Source of the DNA: Patescibacteria group bacterium
GTDB lineage: Bacteria; Patescibacteriota; Minisyncoccia; Phycocordibacterales; WO2-35-19
Length of the DNA: 64,000 nt
NCBI GenBank assembly: GCA_038064735.1
Contig: JBBTSI010000011.1
Location: 1,768-65,767, forward strand
Direction of reading: 5' to 3'
The notes under the pieces were generated by a model. It was not told the origin of the DNA. It searched no databases and saw only the letters and a program-made list of their open reading frames with translations. The translations under genes were made by a program, and so were the position numbers. Shown here piece after piece: positions 26,798 through 35,384 of the stretch. Position 1 is the stretch's first letter, and the number at the start of each line of letters is the position of its first letter.

Positions 26798-28594
26798 ATG
26801 GAAATACGAAACATAGCAATCATAGCTCACGTGGACCACGGTAAGACAGCGCTCACTGACGCTATTTTGAAGCAAACCGGTTTTGAAGAAGAGGGAGTTT
26901 CTATGGATTCAAACGCACTCGAAAAAGAACGCGGTATTACCATTTACTCCAAAAACGCTTCTATTGTATACAAAGACACCAAGATCAATTTAGTGGACAC
27001 TCCAGGACACGCCGACTTCGGTTCCGAAGTAGAGCGCATTCTCCGTTCTATAGATTCAGTTTTGTTAGTAGTCGATGCTCAAGAAGGACCAATGCCTCAA
27101 ACCCGTTTCGTCCTCAAAAAATCTCTGGAAATCGGTCACAAACCTATCGTGGTTTTAAACAAAATTGATAAAAAAGCCGCCGACCCCAAAAAAGCTCATG
27201 ATGAAATATTTGAATTATTTTTTGACCTTGGGGCTACTGAAGAGCAGTTAAATTTCACTACCATATACGCGATTGCTAAAAGTGGTATTGCAGTGAAAAA
27301 TTTGGCTGACATAAAAGACTTATCAAAACCGACAGGAGATATCAAACCTTTGCTCGATACTATTTTGGAAAAAGTGCCGCCAGCCAAAAATGATGTAAGT
27401 TTGCCTCTAAAAGCTCAACCATTCAATTTGGCTTACGACAACTTTTTAGGCCGTATGGCTATCGCTAGGATTTATGACGGTACTTTGAAATATGGTCAAA
27501 AAGTTTTCGTTAAAAAAACTGATGGAACTGTCGAAGAAGGCAAAATAACCAAAATATTTACTTTTGAAGGCATTAGTAGAAAAGATACAGAAGAAGCGGG
27601 AGCGGGAGATATCGTCATGATTGCCGGTTTGCCAAACATTTATATAGGCGACACCATCACTGACGACAAAGAAACTGCCAGTTTGCCAGCCATTAAAGTG
27701 GACGAGCCGACTATCGCTTTGAATTTTCTTGTTAACAATTCTCCATTCGGAGGCAGAGAAGGTAAATTCGTAACAGGCCGACAAATCAGAGAACGTTTGG
27801 AAAAAGAATTGGAAGTAAACGTCGGACTCAAAGTTGATTTGGAAGGAGACGAAATGAAAGTTTACGGCCGTGGCGAACTCCACATCGCAATCCTCCTTGA
27901 AAATATGCGCCGTGAAGGTTTTGAGATGCAAGTATCCCAACCACAAGTTATTATCAAAGATATAGAAGGAGTTAAAAGCGAACCTTTTGAAGAAATCACT
28001 ATTGACGTCCCCTCAGAAATGCAGGGTGTCGTTATAGAAAAATTAGGCCAACGAGGTGCTGTCATGGTCAATACAAAATCCCACAACAACCACTTAAGGC
28101 TTATTTTTGAAGGACCGACACGTGGACTTTTGGGTTATAGAAACCAATTTGTGATTGATACCAAAGGCGAAGGTATTTTTGGTAGCCGAGTTATCGGCTT
28201 CCGCCCTTACGCCGGTGAAATACAAAAAAAGCCTACCGGCTCTATGGTCTCGATGGTGAGTGGCAAAGTTTTGGCATTCTCACTCGACAACTTGCAAACT
28301 CGTGGCACTCTCTACATTGGTCCAACTACTGAAGTTTATGAAGGTATGGTCATCGGCAACACCTCCAAAGGCGACGAACTCTCAGTCAACCCGACCAAGG
28401 GCAAGCAGCTCACCAACATGCGAGCCTCCGGTTCTGACGACAAAATTTATTTGGCGCCTCCTGTGCCTATCAGTATTGAAAGTGGTCTCGAAATAATGGC
28501 CGAAGATGAATATCTAGAAATCACTCCAAAATCCGTCCGCCTCCGCAAAAAATTCCTCACTGAACTCGAGCGCGTCAAAGCAGGGAAGAAATAA
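26798..28594 (+). CDS. typA: Translational GTPase TypA/BipA.
   Basis: IRNIAIIAHVDHGKTAL, DTPGHADF, NKIDK, and the BipA-specific C-terminal domain. Confidence 0.9.
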   Translation: MEIRNIAIIAHVDHGKTALTDAILKQTGFEEEGVSMDSNALEKERGITIYSKNASIVYKDTKINLVDTPGHADFGSEVERILRSIDSVLLVVDAQEGPMPQTRFVLKKSLEIGHKPIVVLNKIDKKAADPKKAHDEIFELFFDLGATEEQLNFTTIYAIAKSGIAVKNLADIKDLSKPTGDIKPLLDTILEKVPPAKNDVSLPLKAQPFNLAYDNFLGRMAIARIYDGTLKYGQKVFVKKTDGTVEEGKITKIFTFEGISRKDTEEAGAGDIVMIAGLPNIYIGDTITDDKETASLPAIKVDEPTIALNFLVNNSPFGGREGKFVTGRQIRERLEKELEVNVGLKVDLEGDEMKVYGRGELHIAILLENMRREGFEMQVSQPQVIIKDIEGVKSEPFEEITIDVPSEMQGVVIEKLGQRGAVMVNTKSHNNHLRLIFEGPTRGLLGYRNQFVIDTKGEGIFGSRVIGFRPYAGEIQKKPTGSMVSMVSGKVLAFSLDNLQTRGTLYIGPTTEVYEGMVIGNTSKGDELSVNPTKGKQLTNMRASGSDDKIYLAPPVPISIESGLEIMAEDEYLEITPKSVRLRKKFLTELERVKAGKK

Positions 28595-28674
28595 GCCGCT
28601 ACGCGTCTTGTTCCAACTGCACTCAGACAAAATGAAAATGAATTTTCACTTTGATCTTCGTTTGTTGGAATAAA

Positions 28675-29427
28675 CTATTTCATCAAAGCTTGGACACCGT
28701 CCCAGAAGCCGTTGCTGTCGGTATCACGAAGGTTTGGATTGGTTTTGACACAAGTAGAAGATTCATAAGGAGCGAGGCATTGTTCTTCGTAGTTAGCGAT
28801 ACCATCTTTATCTGTATCTTCAGTATAGGTGGTCAGTTTGCTTATGAGTTCCTCTCTAGTTGTTGAAGCTTTTTCGAGGACAGACCCTTTGAAAGGACTG
28901 AAACTCAAAAGCACCGAATTGCCGGCGTTATTTTTCACGAAAAATAAAATAGCCCGATTCCTACCGATAGCGGTATCATCTTCTTGAATTTTAAAATCAG
29001 TTGCCAAAATAGTTTGCTTGCTATCGCTCCAGATATTTGTGAAATCTTCTTTTTTCAAAACACTGCCATAAGCATAGGCCATATCCATTCTGTTTTTGCA
29101 TTCATCAGTAGCTACAGCACTTTCGCAGACAACATTAACTTTATAAACGGTTTGTTTAACACCGTCCAAATTTTTGTCCAAGTTGTAACCCAAATATTTT
29201 TGAAAGACTGTCCAAGCAGTATCTTTTGAATCGTCGGAAAATGGCAAAGTTTGTTTAGGCAAAATAGAAGTATTTTCTATTTCTTTTTCAACAGTTGTAG
29301 TCGCTACGTTTTCTAGCGGAATTTCTAATTTTGGCGCAGAAGCAACATTTTTTAAAACAAAAAACAAAACTGCAAAAATTGCCAATACTACTGCGATTAT
29401 TAAAATTATTTTTCTGTTATTTTCCAT
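28675..29427 (-). CDS. Membrane-anchored secreted protein with thrombospondin-type-3-like Ca-binding repeats.
   Basis: N-terminal TM segment. C-terminal DTDKDGIANYEE and DTDSNGFWDG are DxDxDG motifs. Confidence 0.5.
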   Translation of the reverse strand: MENNRKIILIIAVVLAIFAVLFFVLKNVASAPKLEIPLENVATTTVEKEIENTSILPKQTLPFSDDSKDTAWTVFQKYLGYNLDKNLDGVKQTVYKVNVVCESAVATDECKNRMDMAYAYGSVLKKEDFTNIWSDSKQTILATDFKIQEDDTAIGRNRAILFFVKNNAGNSVLLSFSPFKGSVLEKASTTREELISKLTTYTEDTDKDGIANYEEQCLAPYESSTCVKTNPNLRDTDSNGFWDGVQALMK

Positions 29428-30469
29428 ATTTTTTATTATATTCTTTTGCTAATTCTTTTATAAATCCCGGGCCGTTGTAAATCATACCGGTTATAAGTTG
29501 TATCAAATCCGAACCAGCTTCAAATTTTGCTTTCATATCTTCTGCTGACATCACCCCACCACAGCCAATAATAGTAAATCTTTTGCCATAAGCTTCTCTA
29601 GTTTTTTTAATAAGTTCATTTGATATTTCAATACAAGGTTTGCCCGAAAGGCCCCCGCAATAATCTTCTGGGGCTTCATCCCTGTAATCCAAATCGGCAT
29701 AATTTTTATTTAAATTTCCGATAACGACACCTTTTATCATCTCAAATTTTTCAATAATCTTGAGAAGTTCGTCAAACTCTGGCCACTCCAGATTGATAGG
29801 CATCTTTATATAAACCGGCCTACTGCATTTTATTTCTGAAATTTTGGATAGCAATTTTTGAAGCAATTCCGTATTAGCAAAAGTTTCTCCACCAAAAGCG
29901 TTGGGACAAGAAATATTGAAAGTGTAATAATCACCGACATTTTCTTCATTCAATTTTTTGAAACTATAAAAATAATCTTCAATGCCCTCAAAATTATCCG
30001 AAGCCTTTTCATCATTGGTGCGAGCAATGGAAACACCCACTACAAAGCCGTCCTGTTTTTTATATTTTTTTAATCTATCAATCACTTTGTTCACCCCATC
30101 ATTACGCAAACCTTTGTTGACGATGAGACTCTGTGATTTCGACAACCTTCTCAAACGTGGTTTTTCATTACCTTCAGAAGGTCTCGCTGTAACAGAACCG
30201 ACTTCCACCCCGCCAAAAGAAATTTCGGGCAAAATATTCAAAAGCCGACCATTATAATCAAATCCAGCTGCGAGCAAAAAAGGGGATTTGAAAGTCAAAC
30301 CATCAACCGTCTTAGAAATATCCGAGCCTTTATAACCATAGGCGATAAATACGAGTTTTTTTAAAATATAACTCTTTCCGATAAATTCACCCAAGGAAAC
30401 GAACAAATTATGGACTTTTTCTGGGTCAAATTTGAAAAGTATGGGTTTTAAGATGTTTTTGTAGAACAT
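29417..30469 (-). CDS. pyrD: Dihydroorotate dehydrogenase (quinone), class 2.
   Basis: LAAGFDYNGRL, GGVEVGSVTARPSEGNEKPRLRRL, SCPNAFG, and GGLSGKPC ... IIGCGGVMSAEDMKAKFEAGSDLIQLITGMIYNGPGFIKEL. Confidence 0.85.
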   Translation of the reverse strand: MFYKNILKPILFKFDPEKVHNLFVSLGEFIGKSYILKKLVFIAYGYKGSDISKTVDGLTFKSPFLLAAGFDYNGRLLNILPEISFGGVEVGSVTARPSEGNEKPRLRRLSKSQSLIVNKGLRNDGVNKVIDRLKKYKKQDGFVVGVSIARTNDEKASDNFEGIEDYFYSFKKLNEENVGDYYTFNISCPNAFGGETFANTELLQKLLSKISEIKCSRPVYIKMPINLEWPEFDELLKIIEKFEMIKGVVIGNLNKNYADLDYRDEAPEDYCGGLSGKPCIEISNELIKKTREAYGKRFTIIGCGGVMSAEDMKAKFEAGSDLIQLITGMIYNGPGFIKELAKEYNKKYGK

Positions 30470-30488
30470 AACACCATAATATCATAAA

Positions 30489-30555
30489 ATAACTCACCCC
30501 CAATCTAGACAGAAAGATAACTCACCCCAACCCCTCTCTTACAACAAGAGAGGGG
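30489..30555. repeat. Leader hairpin repeat, copy A: two ATAACTCACCCC boxes plus a perfect 10-bp stem-loop cccctctctt-acaac-aagagagggg.
   Basis: Boxes at 30489-30501 and 30517-30529, hairpin at 30531-30555. Relative to minus-strand pyrD the unit reads hairpin, then GGGGTGAGTTAT, then 19 nt, then ATG. Confidence 0.7.
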
Positions 30556-30593
30556 CTTCCGCCATATACGAGTTTAAAGTTATAATAGAGCTA

Positions 30594-31007
30594 ATGCCAT
30601 TACATTTCTATAATAATCAAAACCAAAAAGAAAGAAGAAGAGAACTTCGAAAAAATCAAACTGAAGCAGAAAAACTCTTATGGCAAAAAATTCGTGGAAG
30701 AAAAATAAATAATTTAAAATTTCATCGTCAATTCAGCATTGGTCCATATATTGTAGATTTTTTCTGCCCACAAATTAGACTGGCCGTAGAATTAGATGGC
30801 GAGCAACATAAGGATTCTGTGGTTTACGACAAAGAAAGAGGAAGTTTTCTGAAAGATAAAGATATTGTGACTATAAGATTTTGGAATTATGAAGTGCTAA
30901 ATGATTTGGAAAAGGTTTTGGAAAGAATCAAAAAAGAAATCGAAAATAACCCCCTTAATCCCCCTTACAACAAAGGGGAAATCGGAGGAAACCCTCTCTT
31001 GTTGTAA
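30594..31007 (+). CDS. DUF559 (Vsr-like, very-short-patch-repair endonuclease fold) protein.
   Basis: ELRKNQTEAEKLLWQKIRGRK ... YIVDFFCPQIRLAVELDGEQH. The C-terminal 15 codons run into repeat copy B. Confidence 0.7.
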   Translation: MPLHFYNNQNQKERRRELRKNQTEAEKLLWQKIRGRKINNLKFHRQFSIGPYIVDFFCPQIRLAVELDGEQHKDSVVYDKERGSFLKDKDIVTIRFWNYEVLNDLEKVLERIKKEIENNPLNPPYNKGEIGGNPLLL

Positions 31008-31027
31008 GAGATGGTAGGGTGAGTTAT
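30958..31027. repeat. Leader hairpin repeat, copy B (inverted relative to A), plus a degenerate mini-hairpin ccccttacaacaaagggg.
   Basis: ccctctctt-gttgt-aagagatgg at 30992-31014, then TAGGGTGAGTTAT at 31015-31027, which is 9 nt before the S51 ATG. Confidence 0.7.
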
Positions 31028-31036
31028 TATAAGAAT

Positions 31037-31690
31037 ATGAAATTATTTCTAACATCAAGTGGTCTAACAAATAAATCAATAATAAAAGCACTTTTTGATT
31101 TAATTGGTAAGAAACCGGAAGATACTTCTTTGGTTTTTATTCCCACTGCTTCAAATGTAGAAACAGGAGATAAAGACTGGTTTATAAATGACTTGATAAA
31201 TATTAAAAAGCAAAACTTTAAAACTATAAGCATTGCGGATATTTCCGCTGTTTCGGAAGATATCTGGAAACCACAACTAGAAGAAGCTGATGTTTTGTTT
31301 TTTGAAGGAGGAAATACATATCACCTCATGAGATGGATAAACGAGTCTGGTCTCGCCAAACTTTTGCCGGAACTACTAAAGACAAAAGTGTACGTCGGAG
31401 TAAGTGCGGGGAGTATGGTAACTGGCCCGGATTTGGCTTTAAGATTGTCCCAAGTAATATATGGTGAGGATATGGAAGAGAAAAATATGGATGGATTAGG
31501 TTTTGTTAATTTTTATTTTTTACCACACTTAAACTCACCTTATTTCCCTGCCAGAATGGAAAAAAATGCAAAAAAAGTCGCAGATGAAATATCGAAAAAG
31601 ATTTATTTTCTTGACGACCAAAGTGCATTGAAAATTGAGAATAATAAAATTGAAGTTATAAGCGAAGGGAAGTATTTAGAATATAATTAA
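31037..31690 (+). CDS. Peptidase S51 family (dipeptidase E / cyanophycinase-like class I glutamine-amidotransferase fold).
   Basis: MKLFLTSSG ... VLFFEGGNTYHLM ... VYVGVSAGSM places the Ser nucleophile in the GxSxG context. Confidence 0.6.
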   Translation: MKLFLTSSGLTNKSIIKALFDLIGKKPEDTSLVFIPTASNVETGDKDWFINDLINIKKQNFKTISIADISAVSEDIWKPQLEEADVLFFEGGNTYHLMRWINESGLAKLLPELLKTKVYVGVSAGSMVTGPDLALRLSQVIYGEDMEEKNMDGLGFVNFYFLPHLNSPYFPARMEKNAKKVADEISKKIYFLDDQSALKIENNKIEVISEGKYLEYN

Positions 31691-31711
31691 AAAATCTAAA
31701 AGCTCAGCGCT

Positions 31712-31751
31712 CCCTTCTCTTGTTGTAAGAGAAGGGAAGGGGATGAGTTAT
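31712..31751. repeat. Leader hairpin repeat, copy C.
   Basis: cccttctctt-gttgt-aagagaaggg at 31712-31736, then GGGGATGAGTTAT at 31739-31751, which is 3 nt before the ATG at 31755. Confidence 0.7.
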
Positions 31752-31754
31752 TCC

Positions 31755-32354
31755 ATGAATAAAATAATTTCAAAACTAAATACCCCTCACAAAGTTCAGG
31801 ATTTTTTGGACACAATGCCTTTCAATTTTGAAAAAGAAGGTGAGACTTGCTGGCCACCTTTAAAGGTATTGAAAGAAAAAAGTGCCCACTGTTTCGAAGG
31901 GGCAGTTTTAGCTTGTTTTTGTTTAGAACAAAATGGTATTGAAAATTATCTGATGGATTTGAAAGTCAAAAGCATAAAGAAAGACAGCGACCACACACTT
32001 TGCCTTTTCAAAGTAAATAAACATTGGGGTGCTATTTCAAAAACCAATCATTCCGTTTTACGCTGGCGCGACCCAATTTATAAAACTCCCCGCGAACTAG
32101 CCATGTCTTTCTATCATGAATATTTTTTAGATAGTAACGGCGAAAAAACTTTAAAATCATTTTCCAAACCATTTGATATTTGGAAAAAATTTGGCAAAGC
32201 TTGGACCGACAAAGAGGATAATATATACAAAATGACAGTAGCTCTTGATAATTCACCACATATTGAATTTGTACCAAAAAATAATGCCAAATTTGTGAGA
32301 AATGCTGGTAAAACAGAAATCAGGGGAGCATCGATCACAGAGTGGAAAAAATAG
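31755..32354 (+). CDS. Hypothetical protein with a possible Cys-His papain- or transglutaminase-like core.
   Basis: SAHCFEGAVLAC ... DHTLCLFKVNKHWGAI. The fold assignment is tentative. Confidence 0.4.
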   Translation: MNKIISKLNTPHKVQDFLDTMPFNFEKEGETCWPPLKVLKEKSAHCFEGAVLACFCLEQNGIENYLMDLKVKSIKKDSDHTLCLFKVNKHWGAISKTNHSVLRWRDPIYKTPRELAMSFYHEYFLDSNGEKTLKSFSKPFDIWKKFGKAWTDKEDNIYKMTVALDNSPHIEFVPKNNAKFVRNAGKTEIRGASITEWKK

Positions 32355-32360
32355 AAATTT

Positions 32361-32888
32361 TTGCTATCATTAAATAGTATGAATATAAACAAAACTGTAA
32401 CTTGGGTAATCATAGTTGTACTTTTAGCTTTGGGTACCGGTATTTACATATATAGTAGCAGACCAATAACACCCATAGCCGGTGCTGATGGCACCATAAA
32501 AGGAAATTACTCTATAGAGAGTATTCGATTACTAGGTAATCCTTATGAATGTGCTTTCATAAAATCTGAAGGAGATTCCAAAATAGCAGGAACAGTGCGA
32601 ATAACTGCCGACCAATTGCGTGGCGATTTTGATATAAGTTTAATTAATAGCAATTTTGCCAGCCACCTTATAATAACCGGCGACACTGCTTACACTTGGA
32701 CATCACTTCAACCTATCGGAAACAAAGGTCCTATTGCAAAAAGCACCTCCCAAAATGCTTCGCCAATTGCCCAAGCTCAAATCATAGGTGAGAAAGACAA
32801 AATTGATTACACTTGTTCAATATGGAATGCTGACACTAAAGTATTTGAAATACCTACGGGCATTACTTTCGCAGAATTAAATAACTAA
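32361..32888 (+). CDS. Secreted or membrane-anchored hypothetical protein.
   Basis: Signal anchor VTWVIIVVLLALGTGIYIYS followed by a beta-rich ectodomain. Confidence 0.4.
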   Translation: MLSLNSMNINKTVTWVIIVVLLALGTGIYIYSSRPITPIAGADGTIKGNYSIESIRLLGNPYECAFIKSEGDSKIAGTVRITADQLRGDFDISLINSNFASHLIITGDTAYTWTSLQPIGNKGPIAKSTSQNASPIAQAQIIGEKDKIDYTCSIWNADTKVFEIPTGITFAELNN

Positions 32889-32889
32889 A

Positions 32890-33870
32890 ATGGAAAAATA
32901 TAAAAGTTCCAAATACATTTTCGTAGTCGGTATCGGTGGTTCGGATTTGGCAGCAAAAGCAGTCTGGAATGCTATGACTTTGCATAATACCGAATTCAAG
33001 AAAAAAGTTTTCTTCTTAGAATCGCCTGACTCACGCGAATACGAAGAGATACGAAACATTGTCCGTGATAGGATAGAGAGTACTGAAGAAATAACTCTTA
33101 TTGCTGTAAGCAAATCTGGAAAAACCACTGAAACCCTAGAAGTTTTCAACAAAACACTCAATATATTATCTTCAAAATTTGGAAATTCTATTGATGAAAG
33201 GATATTGGTTATATCCACCCCGGACTCTTTCCTTTGGAAGTTAGCGGAAGAAAAAAATATTGAATGTTTGGAATGGGAAGGTGATATAGGAGGACGTTTC
33301 AGCGCTTTCACCATTGCCCACACAACTGTACTTTCTATTGCTGGTTTAGACAGTAGAGCTTTCCTTTCTGGAAGCAAAGAAGCAAAAAGGGAGGATTTGG
33401 AACATTTGGCGAAAAATATTTTTGAAAAATACAAAAGCGGTTTTGATATTTTAGATTTCTTTATTTTCAATGACGAACTTGAGGATTTGGGCAAATGGTG
33501 CAGACAGCTCGTCGCTGAAAGTTTGTCAACCTTCACTCCCACGGTTTCTATTGGTCCGGTTGATTTACACTCAATGTTAGAACTTTATTTAGGTGGCCCT
33601 AAAAACAGATTTACTATCTTTATAAAATCCCTAAAAGAAATCGAAGGAAGTGTGAACAATAGCGCTTATGAAAATGTTTCCACAGCTTATAATGAAGCTG
33701 GATTGCCTTTCATGAAATATGAAATGGAAAAAATAAGCGAAAAAGAGTTGGGCAGCTTTATGGCTTTCATGATGGATATGGTTATAGAGCTGGCAAAACT
33801 TTTGGAAGTAAACCCGTACGATCAACCAGCAGTTGAAGAGTACAAAAAGCATTTAGCTGAAAATAATTAA
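32890..33870 (+). CDS. pgi: Glucose-6-phosphate isomerase, short SIS-type (326 aa).
   Basis: PGI signatures VVGIGGSDLAAK, SKSGKTTET, and GGRFSAFTIAH. Confidence 0.7.
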   Translation: MEKYKSSKYIFVVGIGGSDLAAKAVWNAMTLHNTEFKKKVFFLESPDSREYEEIRNIVRDRIESTEEITLIAVSKSGKTTETLEVFNKTLNILSSKFGNSIDERILVISTPDSFLWKLAEEKNIECLEWEGDIGGRFSAFTIAHTTVLSIAGLDSRAFLSGSKEAKREDLEHLAKNIFEKYKSGFDILDFFIFNDELEDLGKWCRQLVAESLSTFTPTVSIGPVDLHSMLELYLGGPKNRFTIFIKSLKEIEGSVNNSAYENVSTAYNEAGLPFMKYEMEKISEKELGSFMAFMMDMVIELAKLLEVNPYDQPAVEEYKKHLAENN

Positions 33871-33878
33871 ACTCAAAA

Positions 33879-34655
33879 ATGAACTCTATTTTATTTGATA
33901 TCGGTGCTACCAAAATAAGAATAGCGTATTCTCTGGACGGAGAAATATTTGAAGAACCCAAAGTTTTCAAAACTCCAGAAAACTACGAGGAAGGTTTAAA
34001 AAAATTTTCTGAAACAGCTAAAGAATTGGCAAAAGAAAGAGAAATAAAAATTATTGCTGGGGGTATGTCGAGAAGTGTTTGGGATGGACCAGAAAAATTA
34101 AAAATTGATTTGGAAAAAATTTTCGGAGCTAATGTTCTTATAGAAAATGATGCAGCCATCGTAGGACTTGGCGAAGCCTGTTGGGGAGCTGGCCGAGGAT
34201 TTAGTATAGTCGCTTATATAACTGTTTCTACCGGTGTTGGCGGGGTCAAAATTGAAAACGGTAAAATAGACCAACATGCTATTGGGTTTGAACCAGGCAA
34301 ACAAATCATTGAAGCAGAATCAAGGAAAACTTTGGAAGACATGATTTCGGGCAAAGCTTTGCAAGCAAAAACCGGCAAAAATCCAAAAGATATAACTGAC
34401 CAAGGCGTATGGGACAATCACGCTTGGCTCCTCGCTGTAGGACTCAACAACATAATAGTAGAATGGTCGCCTGATGTAGTGGTCCTCGGCGGTTCGATGA
34501 TCACTGGTAACCCTTCAATACCCATAGAAAAAACTGAAAATTTTCTTAAAGATATTTTGAAAATATTTCCAAAGTTACCGATTATCAAAAAATCCGAACT
34601 TGGCGACTTCGGCGGCCTTTATGGTGCTTTGGCTTTTATTAAAATAAAGAATTAA
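33879..34655 (+). CDS. ROK-family sugar kinase (glucokinase-like).
   Basis: ILFDIGATKIRIA, ENDAAIVGLGEA, and ITVSTGVGGV. Confidence 0.65.
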   Translation: MNSILFDIGATKIRIAYSLDGEIFEEPKVFKTPENYEEGLKKFSETAKELAKEREIKIIAGGMSRSVWDGPEKLKIDLEKIFGANVLIENDAAIVGLGEACWGAGRGFSIVAYITVSTGVGGVKIENGKIDQHAIGFEPGKQIIEAESRKTLEDMISGKALQAKTGKNPKDITDQGVWDNHAWLLAVGLNNIIVEWSPDVVVLGGSMITGNPSIPIEKTENFLKDILKIFPKLPIIKKSELGDFGGLYGALAFIKIKN

Positions 34656-34665
34656 TAATTTTAAA

Positions 34666-35295
34666 ATGTACTCAGAATTTTGCAAAGGTAATAATATGAG
34701 GAAAATACAAATTATTCTTCTGTCGCTCATAGTCATAGGACTGGGATTGCTTACTACCCAAAAATATTGGACAGAACCTTTTGCTAATTTTGTTTTACAA
34801 AACAACGGTGAAGGAGTTTATATTCCCACCAACGATCCGTTAAATATCACTTTCACAATAAGTGGAAAGAATTACACTTTAGTTGATGGTAAATATGAAA
34901 AAGAAATCGCAAGTTCAACATCAAAAGAAATAATAATGGTATTTGGCCAACCGATTTATGGCGACTTTAACAACGATGGGCTTTTTGATGTCGCAATGCT
35001 TATAACCCAAAACTCTGGTGGTAGTGGCACATTTTTCTACGTGGTGGAAGCAATAGATAATAACGGCACATTCAAAGGCACAAACGCCATGCTCCTAGGT
35101 GATAGGATTGCTCCCCAAAATATAAATGTTATAGATGGCCGAGCAGTGGTAAATTTCGCTGAAAGGAAACCGGCTGAACCTTTCACTACACCACCTTCAA
35201 TAGGTAAAAGTGTGTATGTCCAGTACGACAAAAATACCGGTGAAATAGGGGAATGGGTCAAAGATTTTGAAGGGGAAAGTGATTTGCCAAAATAA
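34666..35295 (+). CDS. Secreted hypothetical protein.
   Basis: Signal anchor KIQIILLSLIVIGLGLL followed by a beta-rich ectodomain. Confidence 0.4.
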   Translation: MYSEFCKGNNMRKIQIILLSLIVIGLGLLTTQKYWTEPFANFVLQNNGEGVYIPTNDPLNITFTISGKNYTLVDGKYEKEIASSTSKEIIMVFGQPIYGDFNNDGLFDVAMLITQNSGGSGTFFYVVEAIDNNGTFKGTNAMLLGDRIAPQNINVIDGRAVVNFAERKPAEPFTTPPSIGKSVYVQYDKNTGEIGEWVKDFEGESDLPK

Positions 35296-35384
35296 AAACG
35301 GGCGGAACTAATGAAAAAGCAACGTACTAGACGCTGAGCTTTTAGTATATATTTTTAACAATTTTATGTTATAATTTCGCAGTT

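Noticed and set aside
30516-30560. PyrR-binding attenuator upstream of pyrD (an AGAGAGG-containing stem-loop).
   Set aside because: The same hairpin-plus-box unit also precedes two genes unrelated to pyrimidine synthesis, the PyrR loop consensus (UCCAGAGAGGYU) is not matched, and no pyrR gene is evident.
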